Positions 1-4,740 of a DNA stretch of 19,905 bases are shown here, piece after piece. The DNA is from a virus: IMG/VR virus record IMGVR_UViG_3300045988_172277; one strand, given 5' to 3'. A program made the translations under genes and the position numbers. Position 1 is the first letter of the stretch; each line of letters begins with the position of its first letter. Below the pieces are notes generated by a model. It did not search any database. It was not told the origin of the DNA and saw nothing but the letters and a program-made list of their open reading frames with translations.

Positions 1-24
1 TTCAGACGTGTGCTCTTCCGATCT
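1..24. other. Illumina TruSeq adapter remnant (reverse complement of AGATCGGAAGAGCACACGTCTGAA); technical, not biological
   Basis: Exact 24-nt adapter string TTCAGACGTGTGCTCTTCCGATCT, mirrored at the other contig end. Confidence 0.97.
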
Positions 25-234
25 AAAAAATGCCTTAGCACATTTTTCGGGTGGTATTCTTCCCCCCATTAAGTAGTATCAAATACCATATAACTAAAAC
101 ATCTGTTCGTGTGGCCTAATCAATAATCATTATCCATTAACACTAATTTTCATATAATAATATTGCTCCATACCTTATCATAATATTTGTCGAAAATTTT
201 TATATATTTCTTTTAAATATTTAACCAAAAAGTA

Positions 235-263
235 TTGCATTTTCTGCTCAAATATTATATAAT
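235..263 (+). promoter_or_regulatory. Sigma-A-type early promoter inside left ITR (TTGCAT-17 bp-TATAAT)
   Basis: -35 TTGCAT at 235..240 and -10 TATAAT at 258..263 with 17-bp spacing, upstream of the first ITR gene. Confidence 0.6.
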
Positions 264-344
264 TAAATCATGGAAAGGGAAATAGATTAAATACAGAATT
301 CGACAAAATATGTCGAAAAATAAAATAAAGGGAGATTGGTTAAA

Positions 345-980
345 ATGTTAAAAAGAGACGTTAAAGAAATGGTTGAATATTTAATAAGTGAAAGAAAATC
401 TTTTAAGGTTACATTTGCTAATGGTAAAGTAGAAGTTATTGAATACAGAGGTTATTGTTGGGTATTAGGTAACAAAGGTTATAGTGATAAAGACTTAGTT
501 AAAAAAATGGTTAGGTTCCAAGACAATGTTAGTAAGTTCATAATCAGATTAGAAGTAATCGAAGAAGTAGAAGAATTAGAAGAAGTAGAAGAAATGAATT
601 ATGAAAAATCTTTAATAGAAGAAGTTGAAAATTTAAATGATGATTTATTCCAAGAAGAAGACATTGCATACTGTGAGGAAGCAATTGAAAGAGAAACACA
701 CAAAAAGGATAATGATATTATTACTAAATATGAGAATGATTTTTCTAATGGGTGCAATCAAAAATTAGTGTTCGGAAAAGGGTTAAATATAAGAGAAGAA
801 AGAGATATAAAAAACTATGGTAAAGAATTAAACAACATGAAAAAATATTTAGTTAATGTTTTAGGATTAGTTTTAAGTAAAGCACATAAAGTCATACAAA
901 CTTTAAATAGAAACAATAAAGTAATATTTAATAATGGTGAAATTAGTTTCTTTATAAAGATTAAGGAGGGGTGTAGTTAA
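345..980 (+). CDS. Hypothetical early protein with strongly acidic central region (ITR copy 1)
   Basis: The ORF track starts at TTG 336, only 1 nt after the SD AGGGAG (329..334). ATG 345 has about 10-nt spacing and is preferred. Central E/D-rich segment EEVEELEEVEEM...EEDIAYCEEAIERE. No recognisable family. Confidence 0.75.
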   Translation: MLKRDVKEMVEYLISERKSFKVTFANGKVEVIEYRGYCWVLGNKGYSDKDLVKKMVRFQDNVSKFIIRLEVIEEVEELEEVEEMNYEKSLIEEVENLNDDLFQEEDIAYCEEAIERETHKKDNDIITKYENDFSNGCNQKLVFGKGLNIREERDIKNYGKELNNMKKYLVNVLGLVLSKAHKVIQTLNRNNKVIFNNGEISFFIKIKEGCS

Positions 981-1144
981 TGAAAAGGTTGTTAAATTTA
1001 TGTAATAAATACAATTTAAAGTATAAAGGTAGAAACTCAAAAGGTTTCTATCTTGTATACAATGAAACTAATAGACATTTAATAAAAGGTTGTACGATTG
1101 AAAGTACAATATCAATAATTAATAAATATTATAAGGAGGGTTAA
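980..1144 (+). CDS. Hypothetical small protein, 54 aa (below ORF-track threshold; ITR copy 1)
   Basis: ATG overlaps the upstream stop (TAATG). SD AAGGAGGGG at 962..970. Hand translation MKRLLNLCNKYNLKYKGRNSKGFYLVYNETNRHLIKGCTIESTISIINKYYKEG. Fills an otherwise empty gap in a tightly packed operon. Confidence 0.55.
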   Translation: MKRLLNLCNKYNLKYKGRNSKGFYLVYNETNRHLIKGCTIESTISIINKYYKEG

Positions 1145-1146
1145 AA

Positions 1147-1341
1147 ATGACAAATCATGAAAAATTAATATTATATTTAGTGCAAGATAAAGTATCTTTT
1201 ATGATGGAAAATAATTGTGATAATAATTATATAGCTTTATATATTGATGATGTTATATCTAAATTACCTTCGGGTTATTCATGGGAATTATCTTCAATAT
1301 TATATAGAATGCACGATAATTTCTTAATGTATAAAGAATAA
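1147..1341 (+). CDS. Hypothetical small protein, 64 aa (ITR copy 1)
   Basis: ORF track entry. SD AAGGAGGG at 1133..1140 precedes the ATG. Confidence 0.7.
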   Translation: MTNHEKLILYLVQDKVSFMMENNCDNNYIALYIDDVISKLPSGYSWELSSILYRMHDNFLMYKE

Positions 1342-1354
1342 TAAAAATTGGGGG

Positions 1355-1711
1355 TTGAGGGTTATTAATATAAAATGTATAAACAATTATTTATTAAAAA
1401 ATTATTTAACTATAGGTAAACTTTATAATGTTGAACTGAAAGAAAATCGTGGATTTACAATTATAGATGATAGTGGCAATTTATTTGTTTATTGCTCTGA
1501 TAGGTTTACAATAGTAGATGACTTACCAATTGTAAGTAGTTTTAAATTAATAAAAGCAATAAATTCAGTTGGTATAAGTAAATATAAAATAATATCTAAG
1601 AACAGTAAATATGTTGTATTAGAAGAAACAAGTACAAGCTATTATGTTATAAATGACAAAGGTGCAAAGGGTAAATATCCAAAATCAAATTTTCAAATAG
1701 TAAAGGGGTAA
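1355..1711 (+). CDS. Hypothetical protein, 118 aa, with two tandem copies of a small domain; longer paralog of 18381..18551
   Basis: The ORF has no in-frame ATG at all. TTG 1355 directly abuts a G-rich SD-like run, so the start codon is uncertain. The first 56 nt lie inside the ITR. Confidence 0.55.
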   Translation: MRVINIKCINNYLLKNYLTIGKLYNVELKENRGFTIIDDSGNLFVYCSDRFTIVDDLPIVSSFKLIKAINSVGISKYKIISKNSKYVVLEETSTSYYVINDKGAKGKYPKSNFQIVKG

Positions 1712-1715
1712 AATT

Positions 1716-1829
1716 ATGGTCAATAATCAATTATGGGTAAATTATAAATTATACTGTTATAAAAATGGATTTGCAGAGGGTAGTTATAAAGTGTTTAGAG
1801 AATTTATGTTAAAAAACTTTACAATTTAA
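1716..1829 (+). CDS. Hypothetical micro-protein, 37 aa
   Basis: ATG 1716 preceded by SD AAAGGGG (1702..1708). Hand translation MVNNQLWVNYKLYCYKNGFAEGSYKVFREFMLKNFTI. Confidence 0.4.
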   Translation: MVNNQLWVNYKLYCYKNGFAEGSYKVFREFMLKNFTI

Positions 1830-1846
1830 GGTTAAAATCATACAAT
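1818..1846 (+). promoter_or_regulatory. Putative promoter TTTACA-17 bp-TACAAT (CATACAAT class)
   Basis: -35 at 1818..1823 and -10 at 1841..1846. No ORF lies between it and the terminator at 1950..1986. Confidence 0.45.
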
Positions 1847-1852
1847 ATAGTA

Positions 1853-1980
1853 TAATCCTAATTTAAACTTTTTAACCTTTTTTCTATTTTTCTATAACAT
1901 TTATTTTATCAGTATTTTAAACAATCTATCTCAAAACTTGAACAGAATTAAGAGTAACAAAATTAGTTACTCTTTTTTCT
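1853..1980 (+). ncRNA. Candidate small non-coding transcript (about 125-130 nt), function unknown
   Basis: Bounded by a predicted promoter (1818..1846) and an intrinsic terminator (1950..1986). It contains no ATG or GTG. The only TTG has no SD. Confidence 0.3.
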
Positions 1981-1986
1981 TTTTAT
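1950..1986 (+). terminator. Rho-independent terminator
   Basis: Stem AAGAGTAAC (1950..1958) pairs with GTTACTCTT (1966..1974) around a 7-nt loop, followed by TTTTCTTTTT. Confidence 0.7.
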
Positions 1987-2000
1987 TATAAAAATTTTTA

Positions 2001-2029
2001 TTAACATTTTTACTTAAATAACATACAAT
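2001..2029 (+). promoter_or_regulatory. Putative promoter TTAACA-17 bp-TACAAT (CATACAAT class) for the SSB operon
   Basis: -35 at 2001..2006 and -10 at 2024..2029, located right after the terminator and 47 nt before the SSB start. Confidence 0.45.
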
Positions 2030-2075
2030 ATAATATAAGGAAAAATAAAAATATTAAAAAGGGGATTTTAACATT

Positions 2076-2501
2076 ATGAATAAAGTATTTATCAATGGGA
2101 ATTTAACAAAAGACATGGAAGTTAATGTATTACAAAGTGGTACTTACGTAGGTAAGTTTACAGTTGCAAATACTGTAGGATTTGGCGATAAGAAAAAAAC
2201 TTACTTTGTACCTTGTACATTATTTGGAAAAAGAGTAGAAAGCCTAGAGAAATTACTACTTAAAGGAACTGGAGTATTAATTGAAGGTCAACTTGATATT
2301 ACAAATAAACAAGATGAAAATGATAATTGGAAAAATTATGTTAATGTTGTTGTTACTGAAATTGAAATAACAAAATTTAAAGAAGTTATTAATTATAATG
2401 ATAAAACTGTTGAAGAATTAAGACAAATTTGTAAAGATAAAAATATAAAATTCACATATAAAGATAGTAAAGAAGTTTTAATAAAGAAAATAAATGCTTA
2501 A
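2076..2501 (+). CDS. ssb: Single-stranded DNA-binding protein (OB fold) with a C-terminal HeH/SAP (Rho_N-like) motif in place of an acidic tail
   Basis: N-terminus MNKVFINGNLTKDMEV...GKFTVA...F.PCTLFGKRVE...LKGTGVLIEGQL matches the bacterial/phage SSB OB-fold pattern. C-terminus KTVEELRQICKDKNIKFTYKDSKEVLIKKI fits the helix-extension-helix pattern. Confidence 0.8.
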   Translation: MNKVFINGNLTKDMEVNVLQSGTYVGKFTVANTVGFGDKKKTYFVPCTLFGKRVESLEKLLLKGTGVLIEGQLDITNKQDENDNWKNYVNVVVTEIEITKFKEVINYNDKTVEELRQICKDKNIKFTYKDSKEVLIKKINA

Positions 2502-2516
2502 AGGAGAATATAAATC

Positions 2517-2786
2517 ATGTTAGAAAAATTACAATTATTAAAAATTGAAGTTGAGCAAGAAATTGAAAGTGTAAAGGAGCAATTAAAAGTTTCAAAAACT
2601 GATATTAAGAAACTTGAAAATGGTAAAAAGGTAGCAGTTGAAATAGGTGTTGATGTTAATCAAATTGATGAAAGAATAAGTTCTACAAATCATTTAATTA
2701 TAAATTTAAATAATAGAGTATCTGTATTAAAGAAAGTTAAATATAGATTAGAAATAGCAGAAAAAATGTTACATGAAATACAATAA
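2517..2786 (+). CDS. Hypothetical coiled-coil protein, 89 aa
   Basis: ORF track entry. SD AAAGGAGAA precedes the ATG. Heptad-like charged sequence. Confidence 0.65.
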   Translation: MLEKLQLLKIEVEQEIESVKEQLKVSKTDIKKLENGKKVAVEIGVDVNQIDERISSTNHLIINLNNRVSVLKKVKYRLEIAEKMLHEIQ

Positions 2787-2823
2787 TAATTAATCATTGC
2801 AATTCACCTCTTTAAATAAATTT

Positions 2824-2853
2824 AGAGCAGACAATATCTGCTCTTTTTATTTT
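2824..2853. terminator. Intrinsic terminator at the convergence point of the left and rightward transcription units
   Basis: Stem AGAGCAG (2824..2830) pairs with CTGCTCT (2838..2844), followed by a T-run on the + strand. The - strand tail is weaker (AAATTTATTT). It lies between the 2786 stop (+) and the 2847 stop (-). Confidence 0.7.
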
Positions 2854-3845
2854 ACACCTAAATCTTTTAGCATTTCATACATAGCTATTTTTATTTCTAT
2901 ACTTTTAAATCTAACTTTTCCAAATTGAAAGTATCTTATTAAATTATTAAAACAACTATTCCCAATATATTTATTATTTAAAAAAGTATTATCGTTATGG
3001 TCAGAAGCTAGTACGCTAAAACATTTTGCAGTTTTAGTGGGTTTATCAGTAATGTAAAGTATATCTTTTACAACATTTCCCCAAACCATGTATTTTTTAT
3101 TTTTATATTCTATTGAAAAATATTCATCACAATGCTTTAAACTCATTTGCTCTACAAATGTATTACTATCTCTTAAAGATTTATTTTCTATAGCATAATC
3201 ACTATATTTTGTATTTCTTATTAGTTTACCAAACTTTGTTTGCTTTTTCATTTCAATAAAAATATCATCTGTATTGTATTCTATTACCATTTCACCATCA
3301 CGAAGTAATGTAAATCTTTCACCCTCAACTATTTTTGCATTGAAATATGTAAAATAAGGGTTAACTTTTGTAATATTATTGGCTAAGAAATACATTCTTA
3401 CATTATTTCTAGTTCTTGCAACAGTTTCGTAAAAATCTAAAGCAACATCAACCTCATTAGGAATATATCTCATACTTACACTTTTATCTACAATAAATTC
3501 ATCAAACATTATAGTTGTTACATTTGGATAAGCAACAGATTTATACCTTTGAGAAACACTTAAAGCAACTGGAAACCCTGCGACTTTTCCATCTATATAA
3601 AATTTTCCTTTCTTATATTCTAATTTATTATTTGGAAATTTATTTCTTATATCATCAAACCATTTATCATTATCTTTAAGTTCTGTTTTCCATCTTCTTA
3701 AATAAATAAATTGCTCACCTTTTTTTAAAAAGTTTTTAATACATTTTTTTTTAAGGCCATATGATTTACCAAACCCTCTGTTTGTCAAAATAAAATTCCA
3801 TATGGCATTATAACTACATATTTTATCATAATTGTAATAATTCAT
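2847..3845 (-). CDS. DNA packaging (encapsidation) ATPase, phi29 gp16-like
   Basis: 332 aa, the same length as phi29 gp16. Walker A TNRGFGKSY, GEQFIYLRR, and Walker B YPNVTTIMFDEFI closely parallel gp16 (GARGIGKSY, GEQFIYVRR, YPNVSTIVFDEFI). SD AAGGAGGT. Confidence 0.93.
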   Translation of the reverse strand: MNYYNYDKICSYNAIWNFILTNRGFGKSYGLKKKCIKNFLKKGEQFIYLRRWKTELKDNDKWFDDIRNKFPNNKLEYKKGKFYIDGKVAGFPVALSVSQRYKSVAYPNVTTIMFDEFIVDKSVSMRYIPNEVDVALDFYETVARTRNNVRMYFLANNITKVNPYFTYFNAKIVEGERFTLLRDGEMVIEYNTDDIFIEMKKQTKFGKLIRNTKYSDYAIENKSLRDSNTFVEQMSLKHCDEYFSIEYKNKKYMVWGNVVKDILYITDKPTKTAKCFSVLASDHNDNTFLNNKYIGNSCFNNLIRYFQFGKVRFKSIEIKIAMYEMLKDLGVK

Positions 3846-3865
3846 ATTTTACCTCCTTAAAGTAA

Positions 3866-3884
3866 AAGCACCTAAAAGGTGCTT
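3866..3884 (-). terminator. Stem-loop between the holin-like gene and the ATPase gene (possible leaky terminator or processing site)
   Basis: On the - strand AAGCACC-TTTTA-GGTGCTT is followed by TTACTTT. The T tract is interrupted, so termination efficiency is doubtful. Confidence 0.3.
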
Positions 3885-3887
3885 GTC

Positions 3888-4055
3888 TTATTTATTAAAT
3901 TTGTCTTCTAAGTTGTCCATGCGTGTGGAAATTTCTTTTAATGTAACATTTAAATTATTTAAAGCTTCGGTAAACTTACCATTATTTATAAACATTACAA
4001 TGCAACAAGTAATTGGAAAACCTACATTACTTATCATACTTACTATTTCTTCCAT
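3888..4055 (-). CDS. YvrJ-like small membrane protein, 55 aa, putative holin (below ORF-track threshold)
   Basis: Hand translation MEEIVSMISNVGFPITCCIVMFINNGKFTEALNNLNVTLKEISTRMDNLEDKFNK. The NVGFPI motif plus a hydrophobic segment resembles the YvrJ family. SD GAGAGGT. Position just before the ATPase parallels the phi29 lysis cassette. Confidence 0.5.
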   Translation of the reverse strand: MEEIVSMISNVGFPITCCIVMFINNGKFTEALNNLNVTLKEISTRMDNLEDKFNK

Positions 4056-4100
4056 ATAATTTTACCTCTCTCATATAGTTTTACATAATTTAACTTATTG

Positions 4101-4661
4101 TTAATAAATAACTTTTAAACTAATTTTTTTATTACTTAAAGTTATAGAATTATCAGTTACATTTGTGAACCTAAGACTTAATACATTTTCATTTTCTATT
4201 CTATAATCATATATCACACCATTTTCAATACCTTCACTAAAATAAATATTAATTATAGATGTTTGAGGTATGTTATCATCTAATGGTACCATAAAACATT
4301 TTGAAGTCTTTGCTTCAATTATTGCATTTCCTCCAGTAATTAGCGATAAATCCGAAAAACTTTTTAAAGAAAAATTTAAATTTTTACTTATTTCTGTAAT
4401 TAATTCATTTTTTAAATTGATAATTATATAGTTGTTTATTATTTCTTTTAAAGTCCCATCATCTTTCCATGTATTAAGTATTTCTTTTACGTTATCCTCT
4501 ACACCTTCATTTTTTATCCATTCTAGTATTTCTGATGAATTGTTACATAAATTAAAACATTCTTCTAATTTTTGAAAAAACTTGCATTTTAACTCTTCAT
4601 TTGTCATATCAGAAAAATTATATATCGTTTTTAATAAATCTTCTCTAAATCCTTTTATCAA
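4101..4661 (-). CDS. Hypothetical late protein, 186 aa (possible tail or receptor-binding accessory)
   Basis: TTG start, 7 nt after SD AAAGGGGG. Downstream of an internal promoter. No motif recognised. Confidence 0.6.
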   Translation of the reverse strand: MIKGFREDLLKTIYNFSDMTNEELKCKFFQKLEECFNLCNNSSEILEWIKNEGVEDNVKEILNTWKDDGTLKEIINNYIIINLKNELITEISKNLNFSLKSFSDLSLITGGNAIIEAKTSKCFMVPLDDNIPQTSIINIYFSEGIENGVIYDYRIENENVLSLRFTNVTDNSITLSNKKISLKVIY

Positions 4662-4711
4662 AGCTATACCCCCTTTTATACAATAAAATGTAAAATTTAC
4701 ATTTACACTTT

Positions 4712-4740
4712 ATTGTATGATAATATAATATTATTTGCAA
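4712..4740 (-). promoter_or_regulatory. Internal promoter TTGCAA-17 bp-TACAAT (late motif TCATACAATAAAGTGTA)
   Basis: On the - strand, -35 at 4735..4740 and -10 at 4712..4717. It shares a 17-nt identical block with the promoter at 12881..12909. Confidence 0.5.

Larger units (their letters stand above)
25..1410. repeat. Left inverted terminal repeat (1386 bp)
   Basis: Exact reverse complement of 18496..19881. Checked by eye at the termini, 47..180, 959..985 and the breakpoint. All ITR ORF pairs in the track are identical. First mismatch is at 1411 versus 18495. Confidence 0.9.

Noticed and set aside
270-290. Mini-ORF ATGGAAAGGGAAATAGATTAA in the ITR leader
   Set aside because: It has only 6 codons and no SD. 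It is most likely part of the 5' UTR of the first ITR gene.
1853-1980. Calling the orphan transcript the phi29-type pRNA outright
   Set aside because: The sequence is G-poor and shows little self-complementarity beyond the terminator hairpin, unlike the highly structured pRNA. It is kept only as a generic ncRNA candidate.
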